Positions 22,538 through 33,379 of a stretch of DNA of 41,384 bases are shown one piece after another (the first letter of the stretch is position 1; every line of letters begins with the position of its first letter). Made by a program: the position numbers and the translations under genes. A model generated the notes under the pieces. The model had not been told where the DNA came from, did no database searches, and saw only the letters and a list, made by a program, of their open reading frames with translations. This stretch comes from Jimgerdemannia flammicorona (Eukaryota): positions 1 through 41,384 of the forward strand of contig RBNJ01000107.1 of the NCBI GenBank assembly GCA_003990765.1. The letters are read 5' to 3'.

Positions 22538-22904
22538 TGTGATGAGCCAAAAGATAATATACCAAGTTACTATCTGAATTAGTCACTCTAATTTAGCTAT
22601 ATACTATATTAAGAACACTAGACAACCTGGACTGCTCTGCTATACCAACTTGTATAAATAACTCTGATAGCTAAAGAAGGAAACATTGTGGACCTTGAAG
22701 GTCCCCTCCAGACCTTGAAGGTCTTCTGAGACTATAAAGGTCACTCTTCTCCATAAATAGCAATATATAATTAGCCATATAGTAATCAGATAGCAACTAA
22801 CTTATTTAAAATACCCCAGAGATAAGAGTGAATAAACCTCAATCTGAAATTGCAAAGAAATCCAGAAACCCCTCTAGCTGGCAATGCCAAAAGTTATGTT
22901 AATA
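22538..22904 (+). repeat. 3' LTR (about 367 bp) of a second family, preceded by a PPT-like tract
   Basis: TTTAGTGAGGGCTGA|TGTGATGAGC start. Core AAAATACCCCAGAGATAAGAGTGAATAAACCTC is shared with about 29640-29740 (minus). CpGs resume right after 22904. Confidence 0.75.
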
Positions 22905-23218
22905 AGCGGTTTTAAAAACGAATACATGAATTCCCTGAGAGATTGACTCTCCCTGGGTCAACAAGATTCGTCCGTTACCACCGAGTACTCGAAATCTAGA
23001 GCTAATTTCTTTCCTTCATAGATCCGAAAAGCTTGATTTTGGAAAGGGGGTCAGAAACACGTTGATTTTGGCTAGTGTTTCCACTTTCGAAAAGCAGTAA
23101 AAGGCTGGTCATGGTCGCATAAGGGTATGATTTGTATCTAAAAAGTCACTATTTCGCTCTCTAAGTTCCGTATTGTCACCGATGACACAACTTCTCACAT
23201 TCTCCCTCTCTAAAAAGG

Positions 23219-23361
23219 GATCTGACTGTGTAACGTGACTGTTATTGCATCACCTCCACACTAAATGGGACACAATTTTTCAAAAAGGTACTAATCCTGA
23301 TAGGCTATAAGGCACCTTTTGAAAAATTGCGCCCCAAATGATCTGACTGTGTAACGTGACT
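23219..23361. repeat. 22-bp direct repeat pair enclosing a 25-bp-arm hairpin
   Basis: GATCTGACTGTGTAACGTGACT at 23219 and 23340; inverted arms 23266-23291 and 23312-23336. Confidence 0.85.
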
Positions 23362-24329
23362 CTGTCATTACATCATCATCTTTAATTGCACATGTTTTTA
23401 GTCGTAGCAATTAATTCCGCGCTTGAACATTGATTGAGGCCGAAAAGACGGAGACAACTTAACGAAGGGCGGCAGCCCGCCTCTTTGGTATAAGACGTGG
23501 CTTATGTGAGACATGAAAAACTTATCGCGTTTGTGCAACGGCACCATAGACACGTGATCCCGCAAAGGGTATGACAATACAAGGGCGTTACCTTTGACCA
23601 CCAACCTATCACGGTGTGTGCCAGTTAGGATGCAACCAACATTGTCCAATGCCAAACCTGCGGTTCGATGGACGGTGATGCCTCTGGAAAGAGTTCTCCG
23701 GGGTTTTGCTATACTAAATCAGTTGACGATTGCATGCACTGCCTGGGAAATTTTACAATGACATTCATATACCGACATATCAAAATATACAAAACGTTCT
23801 TTACTCGGAGTACATTATGATGAAAAATGACAGTTCCTCTCGACAATTGTCGTACAGGGCCATATTTCGCGTACGTCATTGACCCGCGCCAAGTCTGTTG
23901 GCCTCAGTCACGCGTGGCAGCCACGTCGTATACGATTAAGGTATTTCGTGTCTATTCTCCCTCCGTTTTTTATTTTTTATTATACCCCACTAAATATTTT
24001 TAGCATATTATAACTTGATCAGTGGGGATTATGGTTTCTTAATTTCGCATGTTGATGGGAAAGTTATTAATGTAGAACACATCTGATACTCCTCCGCGCA
24101 AATTATATGAATGTCAGGTACCAGTCTTTATTCTTTCAAAGTCAAATGTATCTGCCGCATAGCGGCAGTACGTGAGCTCTCAGCCACTGTGTTGCCATGT
24201 TCATGGTGACGTCAAACAAGGATATCGGTGGCAACGGAATGTTTATAACGTTCGCGTTCAGTGTCCAGATTATTCTACATCCTTCTTGTCTTCCCAAAAC
24301 CTTCTACTCAACACCATCACCACAAGGTC

Positions 24330-27000
24330 CCAATTTTCGTACAACCGCCACACGCTCCACCATCCTAGACGGTCCAGCCGCTGCTTATACGACGCGCCCC
24401 ACGGCCCTGTCATGACGCGCTTAATGACGTCCTCCATCGCTTAATAATGACGCCGTTGACTGCGACGCGCTCCACCATGACGCCTTTCAACGCGCCGCGT
24501 TCCACCACTCAAGGCCATCCCCTGGTTGCTACTACGTCGCGCCCCGCGGCCCCTTATCACTATATCTCCACCACGACGCGTTTCTCCACCCTGACGCGGT
24601 CTACCACTCAAGGCCGTTCCGTGACTGCTACTACGTTGCGCCCTCCACCACCACGAAAATTTCTACCGTGACGCGCTCCACTACTCAAGGACGTCCTGTG
24701 GCTGCTACTACGCCGCTCCCCGTGGGCCCTATTGCGGCGTGCTCCACCACGCCAGACCGTCCCATGGATGCTTCTACGACACGTCCCACGGCTGCAATCA
24801 CGCACTACCGTCACTTTGATGCTTCTATGGGCCGCTTCTACGACGCTAACTGCCGCGTCCCGCGGGTCCTACCACGACACGCACCGCTACTTCTACTACG
24901 ACATGCCCCACCGCTACAAGAATACCGCACCCTACGGCAGCTGCCACGACATGTCTCACCGGTTGTATAACTACGAGCAACGCCACCACTATAGCGACGT
25001 GCCCGTAGTTGTTTCCACAACGAGCCATGCGGCTGCTACCTCGAAGCGCGACGCTGCTTCTGGCGCTACGATCTCCGCCGCGGGTCCAACGACGCGTCCC
25101 ACGGCCGCATCACGCGAGACCGTACCTTTGATTCTTCTATGACGCGACCCACGGCCGCTTCTACGATGCGCCCGCGGCTGATAACGCGACACGCACCGCT
25201 ACTGTTACTACGACATGCCCCACGGCTAAAAGAACAACGCACCCTACGGTAGCTGTCACGACACGTCCCCACGCTCCTATAACTACCAGCCCTGCCACCA
25301 CTACAGCGACGTGCCCGCGGTTTTTCCACAACGAGTCGTGCGGTTGCTACCTCGAAGCGCAACGCTGCTTCTAGCTCTACGATCCCCGCCGCAGAACCAA
25401 CGACGCGTCCCACGGCCACTCTCATGCAAGATCGTCCCTTTGGTGATTTTACGACGCGCCCGCGGCTGTTAGTATGTCGGGTCCCGCGAGCCCTACCATA
25501 ACACGCACCGCTATTGATACTACGACACTCCACACGGCTGCAAGGACAACGCACCCTGCGGGCAATTGCCACGACGCATTCCATCACTTCTATGTCTACG
25601 AACTCTGCTACCACTACAGCTACGTGCCCGTGGTTGTTTCCACAACGAGCCATGCTGCTGCTACCTCGAAGCGCAACGCCGCTTCTTACACTACGATCCC
25701 AGCCGTAGGTCCAACGACGCGTCCCACGCCGCTATCACACAAGACCATCCATTTTGTGCTTTTATGGCGCGCCCCACGGCCGCTTCTACGGCGCGCCCAC
25801 GGCTGATAACACGCCGCGTCCCGCCGGTCCTACCATGGCACGCATGGCTACTGCTACTACGGCAACCCCACGGCGACAAGAACAACGTACCCTACGACAG
25901 CTGCCATGACACGTCCCACCGCTTCTATAACTACGAGCCCTGCCACCAGTACAGCGACGTGCTCGTGGTTGTTTCCACAACGAGCCATGCGGCTGCTACC
26001 TCGAAGCGCAACGCCGCCTCTAGCACTGCGATCCCCGCCGCGGCTCCAACGACGCGTCCCACGGCCGCTATCACGCAAGAGCGTCCATTTTGTGCTTCTA
26101 TCTCGCGCCCGCGGCCGCTTCAACGGCGCGCCCACTTCTGATAACACGCCACGTCTCGGCAGTCCTACCAAGACACGTAGCGCTATTGCTACTACGACAC
26201 GCCCCGTGGCGACAAGAACAACGTACCCTACGGCAGCTGCCACGACACGTCCCACCTCTTCTATAACTACGAGCCCTGCCACCACTATGGCGACGTGCCC
26301 GTGGTTCGAAGCGCGACGCCGCAGGTCCAACGACGCCTCCCACGGCCACTACCGTCCCTTTGATGATTTTAAGACGCGCCCGCAGCTGCTAACACGTCGC
26401 TTCCCGCGGTTCCTACCATGACACGCATCGCTACTGCTACTACGACAAGCCCCACGGCTACAAGAACAACATACCCTACGACAGCTGCCACGGCACGTCC
26501 ACCACTTCTATAAACATGAACCCTGCCACCACTACGGCGACGTGACCGTGGTTGTTTCCACTACGAGCCATGCGGCTGTTACCTCTAAGCGCTACACCGC
26601 TTCCAGCACTACAATCCCCACCACAGCTCGAACGACGCGTCCCACGGCCGCTATCATGCAAGTCCGTCCCTTTGGTGCTTCTACGACGCGCCCGCGGCTA
26701 CTAACGGGAGTCCTACCATGACACGTACCGCTACTGCAACTATGACACACCCCACTACAAGGAAAAGCACCCCTCGGCAACTGCCACGACGCGTCCCACC
26801 GCTTCTATAACTACAAGCCCTGCCACCATTACAGCAGCTTGGCCGTGGTTGTTCCCACAACGAGCCATTCGCCTGCTAGCTCGAAGGGCTACGCCGCTTC
26901 TAGCACTACAATTCGCCGCAGCTCCAACGAAGCGCCCAGCGGCTGGTAACACAACATACCCCGTAACTGCCACCTCGACGCGTCCCACCGCTTCTATCCA
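24330..27000 (+). repeat. GC/CpG-rich higher-order tandem repeat (24-nt monomers in about 250-336-bp units, about 7 copies) with broken Thr/Ala/Pro-rich coding potential
   Basis: Marker GTTGTTTCCACAACGAGCCATGC recurs near 25008, 25319, 25633, 25968, 26303 (truncated), 26551 and 26848. Monomer consensus is about GCTACTACGACGCGCCCCACGGCT (ATTTRPTA). Confidence 0.9.
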
Positions 27001-28666
27001 TATGTACTCCACATATTCCAAACCCAAAGTGGATAGTATGATTAGGCAACGGCACATCATCGGAAAGCCAAGCAGCTGCCACCGCTACACCCGTGTTCGC
27101 GTCATCCAATACAACCTCGATCTCGAAGCGATGGCGAGGTCCATATTCGTATTCGACTAGGATTGGAAGCCATCCTCGTATTCCAGGCTCAACGCCAACG
27201 CCAAAGTTAATGTTAATGTCAACACCAATTGCAACGCCAGCATAAGCGCAAATTGCCCTTCGGAAGACCCGCCCATTAAGTCATGACACATAGAAAAACC
27301 GCTGAGAACGCGAGAAGGGTGCCGCAGAAGGATTTTAATGTTCAATGGTGCAGGTGTATGGCCAAAGCGTACGAAAGGATAGACTAGTGTCTGGCTTGCA
27401 CAAAGAAGGTTACCGGTTGCCTGTTGAAAGTGTTCTGTGCTTTCGAAATTATTCGCACACCACTGGATACCATCGCGGAGGCCTCAAGAGCGATCGTTAG
27501 ACAGCACAAGAACGAGAGCATCGCGCGTGTTCCATAGTTCGTGTTATTCACCACGTCCCACCCACCGTACCAGATCGGAATACCCAAACGGCCGCCTAAT
27601 TCGGAATGCGCACGCATCGTCCAGTTATTCACTTTGCGCAACACCTCGGAGTCATTATAAACCATGCTCGGAAGGTAGCAAGGGCGACGACTGCTTCCGG
27701 AGGTTGCCGGCACCCTGTGTGCGGCATTTGTGAGACTAGTATCTCATGCTCATATTCAACTGGTTCCTATCGAGCAATTATACGGAGGAGGACCTGAACA
27801 CAGATCCTAGCCAACCTCCGTAAACTCCCCTCAAAGAACTACGAGTGATAACCATGTCCGACAAGAAATGGAAAAAGACCTGAAGATAAATCCTAGTCAA
27901 CGTCTGCAATCTCCTGTCGAACAACTGAAAGTAACAACTATGTTTGTTCTGACTAAAGACCTGAAAACATATCCCAGCAAACCTCCGCATTTCCAGTCAA
28001 ACAACGTCAAACCAGTCCAGCGTAACCCAATACGCATACCCCAGATAGGACGCCATCGTGTTCCTGAAATCTCCAAACACGATCAACGTTCATCTATTGC
28101 TCTCTAATTCTCGAGAATACCTATATGCTCACCAGTAACGAGAACAGCATGTGGCCGCAAGTCGTTACGTGGGACTCGAACCAGGACTTCCTAAAATATT
28201 CTGGAATCACGCTGACATCCTGAATGTCATTGGCATCTTGGGCATGGACTCTCCACCAGGATTTTCGCATAGAATCGGAATTGGCTGGCGCTATATCAAG
28301 TACAACTTAAAGAAAAAAAACGAAAAAAAAATGGAAAGGTAAAGAGAAAAACTGTTTCTTTTTTTTCATACCTGTCAGTCCCCAACCATCTCACCTGGCT
28401 GCATGCTGACAGAAATTGTACCGGCGCGGCCATCCTTTTCCAGGCTTCATCCCGTCGTGTCAATTGTTGCCGATCCATCGCCTCATATGCACATACATGC
28501 AGAAATTAGTTACATATTTCGATTTTAGGTTTGATTACTACAGATGCTGTACCAAATTCTATGAAAAATCAGAAAAGAAATATGAAAAAAAAGCAGAAAC
28601 TGAATATAGTTATTGATTGTCCACAGAAAGGCTGCTACTGTTGAAGGCCATGATTAATATGACTAC

Positions 28667-29949
28667 TGTAACGTGCCCGGCTCAATAGAGGCAAATTACA
28701 AGGTTGGGGGTTGAGGTAGTTTGGCTTGAGTCCCCCAGTTACTTTGTCAAAGGCAACAAAATGTTCTTGGTGTTTAGTGGTATAATAGTCAAAGCTGGAT
28801 ATCTGCGAGCGATTACCTTATTGGGACGGGTTCTTGAATGTAGCGGCGATTTGTGTGTGGCGCGGTCTGCGTGACGATCTTGTGTAGCGCGAGTGGGTTT
28901 CCTTATGCGAAGCGGTCTGGTAATTTGGCGGTTTCCGTATGCGATTTCCGCGTGACGATCTGGTGTAGCGCGACGATCTCCAAAAGATGCAATTTCTGGC
29001 GGGACGATCTTGGCGGACTTCCTTATGCGATTTGGCGGATAACTTGATTTGGCGCGGATTCTCCTGAATCGGCAGGTTTCTCTGGGAATATCGGATAACT
29101 TGGATAACTCGGACGGTTCGAATAACTCGATAACTCGGATGTCGTGGATAACTCAATAACTCCGATGTCGCGGATAATTCGGATAGCTCGGTTTGGTGCG
29201 GTTTCTCTTGAATCGGGCTCACTGGGAACGGATGAATAACTCAGATGGCGCGGATTCTCCTGAATCGGCGGGCTCTTCTGGAAATAGCGGATAACTTGAT
29301 AACTCGGATTCTTGGCAAGTTACATCAAAGACTGGCTTCGTTTGCGCGGAGTTACGTCGATAGACTGGCTCTACTGCGAAGTTGGTCAAAAAGACTGGCT
29401 TGTGGCAAGATTCGGGTTCTCTGAGAATGGCGGCGGATTACTCAAATGGCGGCGAAGTTCTACTCGAACTTGGGCGGATTTCTTGGATTCTTCAGGCTTA
29501 TCTGGCAAGTGAACCAAAAACGGACTCGTTCTTTGTATCGGAAAGTGGACTGGAGTGGAAAGTAAGCTCACAATAACCTAGCCATGGCTGTAGAGTTCCT
29601 CTTGAAGTGTGGTAGGCAGACTTGTCTTTTACTTTGATTTTCAGACTGAGGTTTATTCACTCTTGTCTCTGGGGTATTTTATACAGTTGTGGTTGCTATC
29701 TGGTTACTATGTTGCTAATTATAGATTGCTATCTATGGCAGGTTTACCTGGATGGTACAGTGTACCCACTCAGAACAGTGTACCCACTCAGTATGGTATA
29801 CCCACTCAGTACAGGTAAACATACTGTTTCTGGTATCTCTAAGTAATTATACAAGTTGGTGCAGTAAAGCAGTCTTGGTTGCTTAGTGCATTAGATATGA
29901 TATGTGGCTAATTTATGATTTTGGCGGTCCAATTCTGCTGCTCATCACA
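28667..29949 (-). mobile_element. Composite solo-LTR-like element, possible 4-bp TSD CTAC
   Basis: Minus strand TGTGATGAGC...CGTTACA, flanked by CTAC at 28663-28666 and 29950-29953. Bases 29573-29949 are homologous to LTR 22538-22904. Bases 28667-29572 are CpG-rich with GGATAACTC and GCGATTTGGCGG-type repeats. Confidence 0.6.
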
Positions 29950-30207
29950 CTACTGTTGATACTCACAACTGATGTGAAAGTTTTTTGTTATCTTCACAAT
30001 GACATTTGTTTAAAAATAACAAGAAAAACAAAATTTACCAAAATTTTAAATAATCAATAACAAGTTCTCTATTTTTTATTTATTTATTTATTCTTTATAT
30101 GGCTTATAGTTATGTTTGTATAACTTCATTAAACTTTACATTGAAATTAAAATAAAATAGGAAATAACAATAGTAAGTAATTCTTTATACAATCCATAAC
30201 TTTTATT

Positions 30208-30209
<2 letters not shown>

Positions 30210-30289
<80 letters not shown>
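30210..30289. repeat. 80-nt poly(T) tract
   Basis: Directly visible. Confidence 0.95.
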
Positions 30290-30290
<1 letters not shown>

Positions 30291-31101
30291 AAAAGTGACA
30301 TTCCCAAAAATAATTTGTTTCTGGGTTTGAACTGGGAACGTTTCATTAAACACTATTAGAAGAGATTGGGTCAAGTTTGTCCATTTGATAATTTCACTTC
30401 TCTGTTTCACTAAAATTTAAACAGAAGAATAGTAACTTCAAGAGATCAATTTATTATAGGCCATATTGTAGGATAGTGATGTTGCAGACATCCGAATCCC
30501 GCTTGCTAATTGCAAGAGTAGTAGGATGGCAAGAGATAAAAAAATCTTTATTTCATTCGTGTTACAAAACTTGACACTATCATACACCTTACCAAGAGGT
30601 ACGTATAAACCAACTGCCAGAGACAGAGGTCCTGCAGACAAAGTCGCCAGGCGTGCATGGCAGATCAAAAAAAGGGGATCCTAGGCGGGTGATGCAGGTG
30701 GGGCCACATCCGGCAGTGTGACGACGAATTGAACCACAACGAATGCCTTGGTTTAATTGAAAAATTGAGTAACCTTTGATAAAGTTGGAGAGGTGCATGA
30801 TATTAAGATTTACAATGGTTTCGACGATCAAAGCTGCGATTGAATGACTATGCCATGACTCATAAATGCATTTTTGCATACTATCCACACAGTTACTTGC
30901 CCAATAATATTAAGGGAGCACGTAGAGAGTAAAACTCAATGCGGCCTCGTCCTGTCTGTGAGCAGTGAAGATGTTCATTGTGTACGCCGAAATCGTGTCC
31001 GTCGATTTGGTGTCTCGAATTCGGGGTTAACTTGATGTGGAGCACCGTATAACGTCTGTTGATACGGTGCCTTCGTTTTCTGTAACTGGATGCATATGCT
31101 A

Positions 31102-31191
31102 TCTTCACTGTTGCGCCGAAAACGTGTCAGTGGCTTTTGATCAAGGTCTTCACTGTTGCGCCGGAAACGTGTCAGTGGCTTTTGATCAAGG
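31102..31191 (+). repeat. 45-bp tandem duplication, one mismatch
   Basis: TCTTCACTGTTGCGCCG(A/G)AAACGTGTCAGTGGCTTTTGATCAAGG at 31102 and 31147. Confidence 0.95.
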
Positions 31192-31799
31192 ATGCGGGTT
31201 GCGGCCTACGTTTCCTTTAAGGGATCTTGACCGCGATCCACCGGAGGAATCGACAGAAACGACTTGCCGTAATCAACTCGGCCGGTGGGAATTGCAATGT
31301 ATCTTAATTGACTCCGTTGGAAGGCATAGTCCGGTGTGTTGGGATTTCTCAGAAATCGTTCGGATTGCAAGTCAAAGAGAGAGGCAGCCACGCCATCTCG
31401 AATTTCTCTAAGCCCGAAAGTTCGATGCAAAATGCAATCGACATTTTAGAACTCCTCAAGTTCTATAAATGTATCCATTAGTTCTAAATATGTAAGTCTC
31501 CTATACCTTTTTAATCTTTGCAAGCCCCTGTAATTGTCATCATGTCAGAATGTTTGAAATTAAATATTTACAACCAATTAAATTGTCAATAGTTATCTGG
31601 TCAAATTAAAATATAGGTTATAAGGCATAACTTTTCAAATTATATAAAAAGTGCATGCTATATAATAAAGTACAGTGAAAGCGATTCCTAAACCTAATCT
31701 ATATTCAAAAAGAACAATATTGTGCCTTTTGGGAGAAGCTAATTATACCCTGCCAAGTTGACTTCCTTGGGAGAAGAGTAGTGTGCATGGGAAAACATA

Positions 31800-32345
31800 T
31801 TATACGGAGAATAATAGGTCGCTATCGGTAGCCCTTTTCCAGGGGAAAGTGGTGAAATCACCTTGAACAGGACTATCGCAAGTACTCAGATGTCAATGCC
31901 GAAGAGCTTGTACGAATGTCCCTGTGGACCATGGAAGCCCAAGAGTACAACAGTTCCACATTTTGATGTCGAGAAGGGCAATCTTGTGGGAATGCAGATA
32001 GGCAACACCATCGAGTCTGGCCTCCGACTGGGCGACCACCTCATGTTGGGCCGCCCCAGCATCTGCCTGAAAACCTCCCTAACTACCTCCTCCAGTTGGA
32101 CCTCCCTAAGGCTGGCAAGCAACCCGGGAACATCACCGTCAAGTTTCCCCATGTCGACGAAGGCAAACCTTCGGTCTCGCCAGTTTCCGTAGTGGTGGTT
32201 CTTGACACCTTTTATGATTAGCATCTCGCAACAGAATCCGCGAGTTGGTGTAGTGAGACCCCCGCCTCATTAACAACTTGCTAGCGATTTTCTGGGCTTG
32301 CGGCTAACTAAGCCGAAGGTTCCAACCTCATCTCCCTGAGCACGT
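31800..32345 (-). pseudogene. Ser/Thr protein kinase pseudogene
   Basis: Collinear subdomain remnants in shifting frames: GTFGLV (I), YGNWRDRRFAFVDMGKLDGD (IV-V), VVREVFRQML/LDGVAYLHSHKIALLDIK (VIa-b), YKLFGIDI*VLAIVLF (IX), FPWKRATDSD. Confidence 0.8.
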
Positions 32346-32719
32346 GTAGATTCCTGATAATACGCGAACCTAACAGTAAAAGAGCGATGTCGGGTTCGGC
32401 AAGATTGAGTTCATGATGGGCGATGTCGAGATTGTGTTTGTTGGAGTCAGGTCTAACGAGGTCGCGTTGGCCGAGGTCAGTTCCGGTGATGTCGCATTGA
32501 GGGAGATCAGGTTCCGCGATGTTGCGTTGAGAGCAGATCGTTCGAATTTCGGGATTACATATTTAGAGATAACTAATAAAAGTGGTAAAAAATACTGTCA
32601 TAACCGTTTGCTTGGTATTTGCCACTCAAGAAACTCAAATCACAACGAAATAAGGATTCATAATAGCATAACATACAGATTGGTTGTGCTGATCCTTCTT
32701 CTGGTCGTCGATCAGATCC

Positions 32720-33166
32720 TCATTCCAGACGCCGCTGTGATTGTGCGTTGTGGACAACTAGGTAAAAATAAAATTGTAATGGCCACAATAAGACCTCCAC
32801 ATCCAAGTTAATATCCACTATATCAGCCTCTTCAACTTCTTCAATACCTTCTTTCTTCATGCCATCTATTCCAAAATTTGCCTTTTTCCTGATGATGATA
32901 ATATCCACCATTATTACTTCCCTCTTGGTTAGATTGATGAAGTGCTGGAGGAGGTGAGGGTTGTCTCTCCAGAAGGGGGAAAACAAATCGGTGACTGACT
33001 TTGTGGAAACGGCAACGGAGTGCGTTGGCGAGGATGCAATTGCAATTCTGCCAAGACGACATCCAGATGATGTGATATCGTTTTCATCTTCCGCTATATT
33101 AACTTGAATCCTTGTGCATGCACAAATAAACGAAGCCATCTGGGGGTGGGGGGGAATGGCAGACAT
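32720..33166 (-). CDS. Possible hypothetical protein or exon(s) (MSAIPPHPQMASFICAC...)
   Basis: 148-codon ATG ORF in non-repetitive DNA downstream of the splice-signal array; no recognised domain. Confidence 0.25.
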   Translation of the reverse strand: MSAIPPHPQMASFICACTRIQVNIAEDENDITSSGCRLGRIAIASSPTHSVAVSTKSVTDLFSPFWRDNPHLLQHFINLTKREVIMVDIIIIRKKANFGIDGMKKEGIEEVEEADIVDINLDVEVLLWPLQFYFYLVVHNAQSQRRLE

Positions 33167-33379
33167 TTCTGAAATAGTGGCGGATCGCCAATATGTCGTC
33201 CCGTTTGAGGAAATCCGGCATTAAACCATCCAAATGACCTCCTTGGCTGGCATTGCTCGCCATTTACTAGAGGTGGTGACCTGAAGAATGCGAACGTTGT
33301 TGAAATGTCACTCGGTCGCCATTAGCGTTTTATTGCGCTGGTGTTGCTCAAAAATGTGTTACCTCGAGTTGGCTTTGTT

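Noticed and set aside
23600-23700. Pif1/Helitron helicase-like motif ITVHRTAGLALDNVGCIL on the minus strand
   Set aside because: One loose resemblance to TxHKSQGxTL with key residues changed and no flanking helicase motifs; a profile search would be needed.
28165-28260. tRNA gene from a B-box match (GGTTCGAGTCCC, minus strand)
   Set aside because: The T-stem does not pair and no cloverleaf can be folded.
30147-30410. Poly-Lys ORF (and poly-Phe ORF 19980-20270)
   Set aside because: Artefacts of translating homopolymer runs.
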